Source of the DNA: Dipteris shenzhenensis
Taxonomy: Eukaryota
Assembly: GCA_047967505.1 (NCBI GenBank)
Contig: CM106538.1
Reading direction: 5' to 3' (one strand)
Length of the DNA: 64,000 nucleotides
Of this stretch, positions 38,501-50,320 are shown piece by piece. The position numbers and the translations under genes were made by a program. The number at the start of each line of letters is the position of its first letter. Position 1 is the first letter of the stretch. The notes beneath the pieces were generated by a model. It saw only the letters and a list, made by a program, of their open reading frames with translations, ran no database searches and was not told where the DNA came from.

Positions 38501-39340
38501 AGCCGGAACCAGTACCCCCCGTTGGTGTTGCACATGTTGATGGATCATCGGTAAGTCAAAGCTATTTAAGTTTGCAATCTTATTCTATACCAGGAAATAG
38601 AAGATCTTATATTTACACAAAATCTTAAAACAGGATGAGGAGGGTGACGAGGGTACACATATACCTTCTCACTTTCAGCAAGACTATAGTCTCCCGGATG
38701 ATGACGAGGGTATGGTCAACATGATGGATTCCATTTTTAGGGGCACTACATCCCACGTACACGTGATGTCAAAGTCTGAGGTCAAAATGCGAGAGTTGCA
38801 ATCAACACAATTGCACGAGGGTGCTAGGATGTCTAAACTACGTGCTTGTCTCTCAATCTTGAATCTACAAGTACAGTATGGGTGGTCGGATACAAGTGTC
38901 TCGACCTTAATGAGGTTAGCCCTTGCATTAATTTGACTCATTATTTGGATATTGTTTGTTTTGAGAATCATCATTTGGATAGTGTCTTTGTCATAGGTTG
39001 CTCTAGAAGATGTTGCATGCACCAAATACCATGCCTGCATCAAGAGATGAAGCGAAAAAGATGCTAACAACGGTGGGTATGGATTATGATACCATCCATG
39101 CTTGCCGTAATTATTGTATTCTCTTTCGTCGTGAGCATGGAGATTTGGCTAGTTGTCCAAAGTGTGGGGAACAATGATATAGAGATGACTTGCAGGGTGA
39201 ATGGATACTAGTAAAGGTCTTAAGACACTTTCCCATCATTGCAAGAATACAATACATGTTTTGATGCAAATCCATAGCGGAGTTGATGACATGGCATGCA
39301 TCTCATCAGTCCACTGATCACACATTAAGGATTCCTGCAG
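35551..39340 (+). mobile_element. CACTA family B, copy 2 (partial ORF2, intronic array, central palindromes, 5' part of TNP2); both ends truncated
   Basis: 35551-36067 matches 16425-16955, 37440-38340 matches 19430-20390, and 38344-39340 matches 20392-21340. Confidence 0.92.
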
Positions 39341-41159
39341 TTTGACTATATCAAATTGGGCAAAGAGATAGTGCAATCACAGCTTGCATTAGGAAAAAAG
39401 GGAGCTCATTTTGGGGCCCTGTAAGAAATTCACTATTTTCTCTTTTCTCTCTCTACAAAAGCAAGAAAATATGGATACTTGCGTGAGAAATGTCAGTGTG
39501 AAAAGGAATAAATATATTCTTTCACATGCTTTACATTCAATGTTCATATAAGAGCAACACTTTTCTGTGCAGAATTCAGAGATTCTGACACCGCAGACGC
39601 GTCCGGAACGGCCCAAAACCCCAAAAACGGCACTAGAAACGCTGGAATCGGACATCCGGAGGCCTGGAAACGGCCAAAAAAGGCCGAAAAACGCGATTTG
39701 CAGCAAAATGCGATTTGGCACTTTTGGACTCCGGATGTCCGATTCCAGCGTTTCCAGTGCCGTTCTTGGGGTTTTGGGCCGTTTCGGACACGTCTGCGGT
39801 GTCAGAATCACCAAATTCTGCACAAAAAATAAATTTTTTAAAGATTCAAATCAGATCACCTCATTAATGTGACATGCTTCTACGAACATATAGTACTATT
39901 TCTTTTTCTTATTTTCATCTTCTTTTGTTGAATTTTCAACGTTACGTTGGCCCACTCCTGATTGGTTGAGAGCCTATTTTCTCTCTCTTCTAAAAGGCCC
40001 CAAAATGAGCTCCCTTTTTTCCTAATGCAGATGGATATCAAGAATTACACGATTTTTTTGCACTTCTACACCAACAAGGGAAGAAACGAAACTCTAAACA
40101 ATGCACATGGAGTGTGGACTGTTGCATTGTGGATCTTCCCACAGGGTATGCTACAGGTGGTAAAGGAGAGGTTCCACCTTGGAATGTTATCACAGAAGAT
40201 CATATCTCCTCTTCCTTGGCCATTGCTACAGCTGTGATGGATGACAATGGGTGGACTTTGGTTTTCTGTTCTCCATCTACTCTACCTACTGTGGAGCGCT
40301 ATGCAGTAAGATTAAAAATGGAGGTGGCTTGCAAGTAAATTTATTTGTGTTGAACACTTCATGAAGTCTTGTGGGTTATAGGCTAGGGTCTGATTCTGGC
40401 ACATATTGTTTTGTTTCAAGCAAATGGATAGTACAAAGCATGGAATCTCAAGGCATTTCAAACACACTTGGGATTGGTGTAAAGGTGATTCTTCAGATGT
40501 ATGTTTGCTTCTACTTCTATATCATAAAATCACATAGAAATTGACTCATGCTTTTTTGAATAGTTTTATGTTTTCCATGCTATGGCTATGAGGAGGATAG
40601 GACTTACTTGCCTTTAGTCCATCATTCCAAATGAGTTGGCAAGGGAGGTGCATGGCGTGGATCTCTTGAGAAGAGTCCTGCATTATACTTATGTTCTTGG
40701 AGATGTTGTGTCCTCCAAATGGTTCCATTCTTGAGATGAGGGTAGGGATACGACCAAGATTGAGGGCTGCACTCCACTCTGGTCGCCCTTGCTTGGCAAT
40801 AGACAATGACCCAAAGATATGTACTGGACTACTTCTAGGAGTGGTGGATGCTATTTATGTAGGTGTGGGATTGTCTACATAGTAGCATATGCTCATGGAT
40901 GTCGATGCTAAGGAGGAAGAAATCAATGTTTCTGTGCCATTGGTCTAGTGAGTAAAAAATGTTGTTCTTTATTTTGAATGAATACCTTTCATTTACACAT
41001 GTAAGGGAGTTCTAAAGTTTCATTTTGAAGTGAATTGCCAACTTACGCAGAGAGTATGGCATGCACATGGAAAGGAACGACAAATCATATAACTATGAGT
41101 TGAGGGAGAAGAGGAGACGACGGACTTTATTTGTGGATGACTCCGCCGACGAGAATTAG
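39341..41159 (+). pseudogene. Decayed spliced ORF with beta-class amino-DNA-methyltransferase (N6_N4_Mtase)-like motif order
   Basis: VDCCIVDLPTG resembles motif IV (DLPT at 40132-40143). It precedes WRGSLEKSPALY and MFLEMLCPPNGSILEMRVGIRPRLRAALHSGRPCLAIDNDP, which resemble motifs X-I-II. Removing the 39385-40029 insertion restores the frame. Confidence 0.6.
39385..40029. mobile_element. Non-autonomous fold-back/MITE-like insertion with ~34-bp outer inverted repeats and an internal ~95-bp-arm palindrome
   Basis: TGCATTAGGAAAAAAGGGAGCTCATTTTGGGGCC at the left end and its reverse complement ending at 40029; inner arms at 39566-39660 and 39730-39824. Confidence 0.9.
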
Positions 41160-42069
41160 TTTATGGTTATACTTTATGGTCTACTATACATTGGTGCTAT
41201 CTCACATACACGATATTTATTTTTGGCTATCATTTTGATTCTGAAATTTTGTGACATTATGCGTATGAGACAATAGTCTGGAAAACTTTTTTTGGGTGCA
41301 CTCTAGTTTATTAATGCGTAAGTAAAATCTACATTAGAGGTACATATTGCTTTGGCTTTTGGAAACAATCTTGAGCTTCTACTTTGTTGGTTGGCATTAT
41401 TATTTAATGTAAGATTCTATGATATGCATTCCTTTTCCTTCATATGTTGTCACTCTTACTTGTTATATTACTTGCATCTGGTAAACTTGTTGCATGTGGT
41501 TTGTAAAATATCACTTGGCGGCTTACATATAGATGAGCAAGCTGAAGTGCACACGTACATTTATTGGTTGGATTGGTTCATTGAAATTCAGAATTTAAAT
41601 TATGCTTGTGGGTTACAATTTTTAGTGTGGAATCCTGGATTCATGATCTGGATTTAATGTTTTTTCGGTTATGAATACATTGGGCAAAACTTCCACATCT
41701 AGTAAAAGTTTTATGCAATATGCTCAAACCTTGTTCATGGATGGAATCACATACATGAGTGGCCAACTTAGAGAAAAATAATAATGAATTTAAAAATATG
41801 AATGTTCCGAAAGATAATGTATCATTCTAGGGGGGTTGCAAATGACCTTGACCTCTTTTAACATTTTCTTTTAATACTATACATGGAAAGTTTGTACTGT
41901 TAGAATTGAATAAATATAGTTGGTATATAACATATGCCACTGTAATAGTGTTCCAATATGATTCCTTGAATGAATATACATTAAAAAATGTTGCAAAAAT
42001 GCTCACTCGGACTTCTCCGCTTGTGGTTTTATGCTCGAATACCTATAAAACCCCCACCGTATTGTGTGT

Positions 42070-43510
42070 ATTAGTCAAGTAAATCGTGCACCAATTCACA
42101 TTAAGAGCACACTCGACCAGGATTGCGGCAGTGAGTACACCATATCCCCTTAAAGCCTTTAGGTATGGATCCTTCTCCAAAAGCCACTAGCGCACCCTTA
42201 CCTCCTTTAGAGGCTCTCCGGGACTTCGTCTCTGCTTTCGAGTTGGAATCCTTTGTACTGGTACCTTCCGACCTTCCGTCCGAACTGGTCGCATCTGAAT
42301 CATCCTCACTGTCATCCGACTTCTTGGATTTGGACAATTTCTTCTTAGATTTGCTCTTCTCTGATTTGCAATTTTTGGATGTCCTCCCCTGCAGCGATTC
42401 CCCCACTCGCACTGTTTGCACCATGACCGCCACAAGTATTGTCTATGTCTAATCCATTGTGGCCAATGCCATCCACAGATCCCGTGACAGCCCCAAAATG
42501 TAGTCATTGAGTACCTCTTGAGCAAGGTGCTGAGCTGCAAGTACATGTTGCAAGAGTAAATTGAATTTGGACGCATAACCTTCCACATCCTAATCACCTT
42601 GTTGCAAGCTAAACTGATTGTGCAGGTGGGCTCTGACACCGATTGACCCCTCTCGGAGCTTCTTGCGAACTATCGATCCCATGCGCAGGATCACTATTGT
42701 GCCATAGTTGCATAGTTGGTGTCAAGGGATTAGGAGGTCCTTTCGAGCGTGTGCGCATGCATGCCTACTAGGAAGCCAACAATCGCAAAAGACGCTGCCA
42801 CGACCATCGGATGAGGTTCTTCACTGGAATTTCTGCACTTGCTCAACCGTAAGTAGGATGTTGGGGGTTAGAACACATCCGATGGATTTCATCTTGAAAT
42901 CCTTGGATGTGGCTCCTCACCACAGCAGCAATCTCCTCTCGAATCTCCTCCGGAGTGAGTGCAACTATGTGCATACCTCCATGTGAAGTGCCTCTGCAAA
43001 GACGGCAAGGAGCGGATGACATGAGCGCTCAATTGCCTGATCGTGAATTCCTTGCATGATGGTAAGAATGTGCATCGTGATCGCCAATGTGTAGCATCAT
43101 AAATGCACACAGACGCTACGAAAAGCAATAGATAAATGATACGCGCAACATCCACAAGAACGGAATACAACAAGAGATAGATGCTAAGAACAATGTATTC
43201 GAAGCAATAGCTCACTCAACATCTCTGTACACAATGATCTTTGCATGCTAGTAATAGCATGCGTACAGAACCATCTGACGGTTAGAGAAGTAGCTCGCCA
43301 ATGTGTAGTGTCATAAATGTGCATAGATGCTACGAAAAGCAATAGATAAACGATACGCACAACATCCACAAGAATAGAATACAGCAAGAGATAGATGCTA
43401 AGAACAATGTATTCTAGAGCAATAGCTTGCTCAACATCTGTGTACACAATGATCTCAGAATGCTAGTAATAACATGGGTACAAAACTGTCTAGCGGTTAG
43501 AGAAGTAGCC
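42070..43510 (-). mobile_element. Gypsy-like fragment: duplicated LTR 3' end/PBS and partial gag
   Basis: Minus strand ..GCTACACA TTGGCGATC at 43088; 214-bp tandem duplication at 43082 and 43296. The K/S/D-rich gag and WCTHCRNPG are homologous to 59830-61300. Confidence 0.7.
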
Positions 43511-43849
43511 GTTGAGGACTACAACCATTTGGAGATCTGAACTGTTAACCCTTGCGAATAACCTACCCTTGCACACCCCTCTAGGTCACTGCTGCTAAGC
43601 CGCATGGTTATGCAATAACAAGTACCATATTAAGAAGCTAGTCTAATGTAATATTTATCTGGGCCTTTAGCAAACTGTGAAATGATTCCCCATGGTCCAC
43701 TGCATCTCCAACTTTGGGTTTGTTGCATATTTCACCAAGCAGATAACACCCTCTAGAAGGAGCCTTCTCCTTTAGAACATCGATCTTTTTGCTTTCATGC
43801 TCCTCTTTGAGTGCACAACATCCTTTGTACATCCTTCATTCTGGTCACC

Positions 43850-46700
43850 TTCCTTTATTGGTTCCTCCTAATTCAATGCTAGCTTAGCACGTGAAGGCAG
43901 GATCTGCTCCTCCATCATTTGTATCTCTACATTAATCTTCATTTCTATAGGCTGGTATTGTGAGGTATCTTTCACTTCCCACTTAGCTTCCTTTCTTGAA
44001 TTCACCTTATCAAGAGGTTTAAGAACATCTTGACAAACTCTATTCTACTCATTCCAATTGATTGGATGCATACATTTTGTCACCATAGGCAATTTCTTTT
44101 CAACCTGGACAGGACCCTTGGATCTTGTAATGGAGAGAGCTTTTTGATAACTTTGTTTCTCTAGCATCTCCCTTCTTCTTTGCAACCCATACGATCACAG
44201 GACACTACTATCATTGTCTCCAAATCATTCTTTCCATGCCCAAATATCTGCTTCACCTTCATGGGCATGTCCTTTGAACAACTCAATTCCAACTGAATAA
44301 GCACAACATTGGCTTGGGCTGGTGGCTGACGAGGTTGATTTTGTGCTTATGATTGAGTTTGGTACTGCACAATAGGGATACCCCTCTCATTGCTATGTTT
44401 CTACCATAACTCACAACCTGGGCCTTGCTGATGTCCAGCTTGACCACAATATGTGCAATTCTAAGCATCATTGTTTTGATTTGATTATCGAGGCTGGTTT
44501 TCCCAATTCTGATATGATTGTCTTCTTCCTTGGTCAGCAGGATCATTCACCCCTACTCGATTGACTATAGATGGTTGTGTCGGTGCCCTAGTATTTTGCA
44601 TATGAGGCAATCTCTCCCTATAATTTGGATTATACCAAATATTGGCACTCTCATGATTTCTTTTAGCACAGAACTCGCATTTAGGCTTCTCAGATGAAGC
44701 GGCTTCTAATAGTACCATGCTTTTCAAATGTTGTTTGATCTTTTTCTCTAACCTCTCATCTCTTGAAGAAGATTTTGCTATTTTCTTTGACTTCATGCTC
44801 TCTTTAGATTTCCCTTTCTCCGATTGCTTCTTTCTTTTACATTTGTTCTTTCGGTCTTCATTATTAGAATCATCCAAATCATAATCACCAGACTGGAAAT
44901 CCGTATCTTCATTGTCATTGTCTATGTCAGAGTCCTCATCTAAATCTGTGTTAGAATCAAAATTCTTTGTATCCTTCTTTCTATTCTTCATGGATTTTCT
45001 TTCGGTCATACGAAATCTTCCTTCAACTCACTATGCAGCTACCACCATATTATCAAAGTCATTAGCTCCTGCCAGGGTGTCCCTCCCAACAATAGCACTT
45101 CTCAATTTGGTATTCAATCCCTTACAAAATTTATCTCCCAATTGCTCCTGAGTCAGTCTCTAAGGGGTGGCTAGTCTCTGGTTCAAATTGTGGAGCTTCT
45201 GGGCAATCTTCTACCAATAGATCCTTCTGTTTCAACTACCAAAGCTTTTTGAGAATTGCTTCTTGTGTTTTCTCTTGTTGAAACTGTGCAAGAAAAGCTT
45301 GCTTTAAAGCCTCATAATTTGCAAAATGATTCATGCCATACTGAATGAACCAAGTCATTGCCTTGCCCACCAAAGTGGCTGCCAACTGTTCCTCCTCCTT
45401 CGTCGTGTCATCAAGCTGTCCTTCGAAACCACTTACTACCCATTGGGTCTCAAATTGCCCAATGTGACTATCAGACTCTTGTTTTGTTTTGCCACTGAAT
45501 TTAGCAGAGCGGACTTTGGGGTTCTGCATGTTGACCGCAAGGATGATCGGAACAATCGGTCATATTATCCTTGGATGGCGTCGGGGTGGAAGTGGATCAT
45601 ACAACCGCCTTGATACTCCTACATACACTCAAAATGCTTCATGATAACCATATGTTGCATGAATGAAATCTTTTGAAGGAGACCATGAATTACGAAGGCC
45701 TTTGAGATTCTTTGCATTGTGATATTCAAGATTGCCACTTGAACTGGTGCAAGGTTATTCCCTTAATGTTGTGTTGCCAAGAACCCAATCTTCATTTTCC
45801 AAACTTCCACTGATTTCATGCACACTTTGTTGAAATTCGGATGCTTCTCCAACCTCTTTATGACCTTGCACTAGCTCCCTAGGAACCTCTTTAGAGGCAC
45901 TTGTTTGCGAGCCTTAGTGAAGTATGGATGGTCAATTCATCGAGGAGATGTTTCAAGTTCTTCTATGTCTATGACATCTAGTACGGATGCCTCCATGAAC
46001 ATGCTATAAGAATTCTCTGCTCCCAAAATTCGCCCATCTTTGGCCATGGATTGGATGCAACTCAATCCAAAAAAATTCCTTCAACAATTTCATGTATCCT
46101 CTACTGAAAGTTATGAATCTTTTGTTGAAAATTTGCAATTATTGTTGACTAAATTCTACTGCATGCACTCTTGATGGCACTCTTGACGCCCAACTTCTGT
46201 TGGGCGGACTTTAGTGCTTGAACATCGCCTTACAAGACTAGGATTTGTCGCACTGTACATGTTGAACACTCTGCTTCTTCATTTTTTGTGGTGCCTCTCT
46301 ATGCTTCACCACATCCACATTGTCTCCACAATGCTTGCATAGAGAAGCCATCCACGCTCTTCGCATATCTCTTACAATCCAAGTGCCCAATTTATTTGCA
46401 GGATCGCCAATGTAATATGTAGAGACTTATCCAGAAAACTATAGAGTACCATTGAAAGCACAGTAAGAACTTCCAAAAACTGATATTCCAATTCTGAATT
46501 CAAGGCAAGAAAAGATCATAATGAGTAATACTGATTGATATCCATTTCATTATTGTTGAAAACTAAATATATCATATAGGAAACATAGTCAAAACTAGAC
46601 AAAATAGAGTTCTACGAACAGAGAATGCTTCCTCATTTAGAGCTTTTAAACTTCTGAATCAACAACATAAAGCAAAGAACAACCATGTCATCTATATGAC
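43850..46700 (-). mobile_element. Gypsy-like LTR end plus decayed gag
   Basis: Minus strand ..ATTACA TTGGCGATCC at 46411. Retrotrans_gag-like KFSGKTKQESDSHIGQFE..TLVGKAMTWF..YEALKQAFLAQF, plus zinc-knuckle-like CEFCAKRNH. Confidence 0.7.
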
Positions 46701-46766
46701 AGTTCTAACTACTAGTATACATGCTTTAGAAGCGGTTTCCTAGAGGTAGTCAATAGAGCGAGCAAG

Positions 46767-49700
46767 AAAAAGCGAGCGGGCCCAATGAAGCGAGCGAGTT
46801 TTTTCACAATTCCTCCTATGAGAACAAATTTGAAACTGAACTTACTATCTGCTACTACTCTGCAAGGAGTTTTCTTTCTTCTCATTGTTTCTTCCTCTAC
46901 AAATGTTGCAAAAGTTTTTTCCACCCTATCTTTCAGTTGAAGAACATAAACTAATTACCAAACTCATAACATAAATGACTGTTGAAATACCACTTCACCC
47001 GCAAAATGCACTAGACCAAAACTTTCCAAATGTGTCCATGGTTCACCACAACAATTATCAGTCTATGAACAAATGGGAGTTTTAAATGATACACAATGGA
47101 AAGGAAAGCTTAGGAGACCTCCTCTACTTGGTCCCATTGATCCAGCCTTGGGGTCACTTGTGTGCAAGCATTGTGATGCAATACTAGAGTGTGTTTACCT
47201 ATGCAGTGCTATTATATATTATTGCTTTCCCCATGAATGAGTGAAGACAATGAGATGCGCAGTGCATGTGGGTTTCCATGACCATCCAATTGAAAAAGGT
47301 AGAAGTCGAGCAAAGGAAATGCAAGTAGAGGATCTCATTTCAATGCATGCTAGGTTGAATGGAAATTCCTCTTGCAAAAATATCGAGGTGTCTGTGGCAC
47401 AAGACCTTGTGATGGAGATAATGCTAGCAAAGGATGGGGTTGTTGTGGAGCCACTAGATGATCAAAAGTTTGAAGAAGTGCTTGAAACCATTACACCAAT
47501 GACCTAGAGAAGGAGGCTTTAGAGAGTGGTGTAGAGCGCAAGAAGTGAGGCTAGAGGAGGGGATGGTGGAATGGATTCAATACTTGATTTATAGAGGAGA
47601 TGCAAATATCCATACCTACAAAGTATCCTACTTCATGAACAATTGCAAGATGAACAACAACCACATATCTTCAAAATGTTGACCATTGGTCCAGGATTAG
47701 GAGTCGATCTAGTGAATCGCATGCGGCCTGGTGGAAGCTTGGGATCATGATGGGTTCATTTTGACCATGTGCATCGAGTGAGGGGATGGTCAACAATGGG
47801 CACTCATGTGTATGACCCATTCATAAGGGAACTATTAACTATAGCAATATGTGAATTCAAGGTGGAGTATAACCATGCTCAAGTTCGATTCTGGGAGCTA
47901 CTGAACAATACAATGGAGAAGAATGGTTTTAAAAAACCTGAATTCCGTGGATTCATGGCAGATGGAGTAGGAGCAAATTGCCTGGCTGTCTGCATTGTTT
48001 ACAATGGTGGACCTGAAAATGTGATGGATGGTAGAGAAAGAACTTGTGTTTTCCATTGGGAGATGAGCATGGTTGAGCACACCAGATGATGCATTAAGCC
48101 ACAATTTCAGGAGGAGAATAAAGTTCTATGTCAGAAGTGGAGAGAGGCAATAACTTCAACTTCTGCAGACCAATGTAAACAAACATTGAATTTGTATTGG
48201 TCCCTGATTCATGTGAAGGAGGGTGAGCTACCAACATTGCATACAGGGCTTGCTTTGTGGGATGTTAGAGTCAACCAGTGGGGGGGAATGTTCTTGTGGC
48301 AAGAAGAGCACTCTGAATTTGTTCCTACAGTGAACCTTTTAGAGACAAAACATTCTAGCATGAGAGCAGCACATGGATATGCAAAACACATAACATTGTA
48401 TGATGCTTATGTAGTAGATCTTGCAATGAGTGTCCTTCAGAGTGCCCACTACAATGCCTTTATGAATGGAAGACACTTGGGTACAGGACCAAATTTGGAT
48501 GCTCTCCGGCGAAGAATACTTGATGGTAGTGGGTCTGGTAAAGGGGACAGAAATAGGCTTGTGGATTTATCACACATAGTGATTGAAGAGGCTGGGATAC
48601 AATCTCCTGAGATGAATAGGCCAATAACAGCACCGGTGAGCATAAGAAGAAAGAGGGGTTCAAAATGTTCAACATTAGTCCATGCAAATGATAGTCATCG
48701 ACTAGAATACATGATAGTGACAACAAGGATAGTGATAGGAAAAAGAAGACAAATTGATTTTAAAAGTCCATCATAGGATGTGGTTTGTAGAGAGATAGAT
48801 ATTCATGAAGCCAATTGGGCAATCAGGAGAACCGAACCACATAGCATTGTCACATGCTTTGGCTACTTGGCAGAGATTCGGAGATGATGTGGGGCACTAA
48901 TCAATTCACTTGGTAGAAGTGCAAGTTATGGTGTGCCAGCCCCTTGTTTTAAGGGAAGAAGGCAACATTCTCATGGAGTGATAGAGCAGTTTGTATGGTT
49001 TTGTAATACTTCTATCACCCATACATGGAATGTGGATAAATCCATTCAAGGTGTTCCTGGGGTCTCTCCAGGTGTATGGAAGGTTGCAAGTGGGACACCA
49101 ATGACTGTAGATGAGAGGGGTGACCTTGTAAGGGCAGGGTTCGTATTTAATAGTGATGATTCTATTAGTGTGATGGGACCTCCTTATGCACATCAAATCC
49201 ATACACCTAGCCATGTGCACCCTTCTCATCATGATGGAAAGCTTGTTTCATGGAGAAGTAAGTTGAATAAAGATTTCAAGGAAAGGATACACAAGGAAGT
49301 TCCAGAAAATGGGGAGGTGGTGAGAGAGAACATCATTATTCCACATGAGGTGCATGTATTCCATGTTCGTACAACAGGATCAATGTCCAAGGGGCTAACA
49401 TATAGTGTCTTGATTTCAGAGTTTCCACATTGCACATGCCTTGATTTCACAAAAAGGGAAGCAAGATAAAGTCCCTACATGCCTTGCAAGCACATATACT
49501 TTGTGTTTATTGTTGTCTTGGGCTTAACTAAAATGGTGCATCAGTTTATGCATCAGGCTGCATTGACAAAAGTTGAATTGTTTCAAGCTCTAGGTGGTAG
49601 AAGAAACCCATCAAGTATGTAGTGTATGGCTTGGATGCCCTTTTTTTGCATTTCCTTTAGAATCGGATAATATATGTAGGTGTGCTTCCTTGCATGAAGC

Positions 49701-50251
49701 TACACTAAGTTTTATTTTTTGAAGGTGAAAGAAACCCATCAAGCATTTAGTAGGCAGCCTAGATGTCCCTTTTTTATATTTCCTTTGGAAGCGGATGATA
49801 TACATAGGTGTGCTTCCATGTTTTGGCAATGCACGAAAAAACATTTTGTACAATCATTCCAAGGGTTGGAAGATATTTTGAAGCATCAAATTTTTTTATC
49901 AATTTATTTTTGTATGACATATGCTTTTTGTGCTATGGAGTTAATAACTTTTAGAAAAAAGGTGTCTTCTGACAACATGAAGAGGAATTAATGTAATATG
50001 TTACTACTCTCATTATTGAAAGCATTCAATGTTTTATTTTATCATTACTTTTTCACAACAAAGGAAACATGATTTGAACACGTACTTCGGGAAACATGCT
50101 AGCCAAGATGCAGGCGAGTGGGTAAGATTTCTTGGAGCATAAATTGTGGTAATTGGCTGTCCTGGATGAATATGATGTGGTTGTTATTAAACAAATAACA
50201 CCTTGCATTGTTGTTTGTCCACGCTCGCTCATTTGGCCTCGCTCGCTTTTT
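46767..50251 (+). mobile_element. MULE/Mutator-like element; transposase pseudogene at about 46975-49620 with an N-terminal Cys/His finger and a C-terminal SWIM finger
   Basis: Motifs CKHC..C...C..HVGFHDHP, WVHFDHVHR, FMADGVGAN, CVFHW, NLLETKHS and CTCLDF..PCKHIY (49431-49499). Imperfect inverted repeats at 46767-46796 and 50222-50251. Confidence 0.75.
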
Positions 50252-50320
50252 GGTAATCCTCAGTTTCTTATAACTACTCTACTATGGTTTTGCATATGTT
50301 TTCTATTACTTATGAAAATA

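Noticed and set aside
39389-39872. Mirror-image ORFs on both strands (144 aa and 101 aa)
   Set aside because: They arise from the palindromic arms of the fold-back element.
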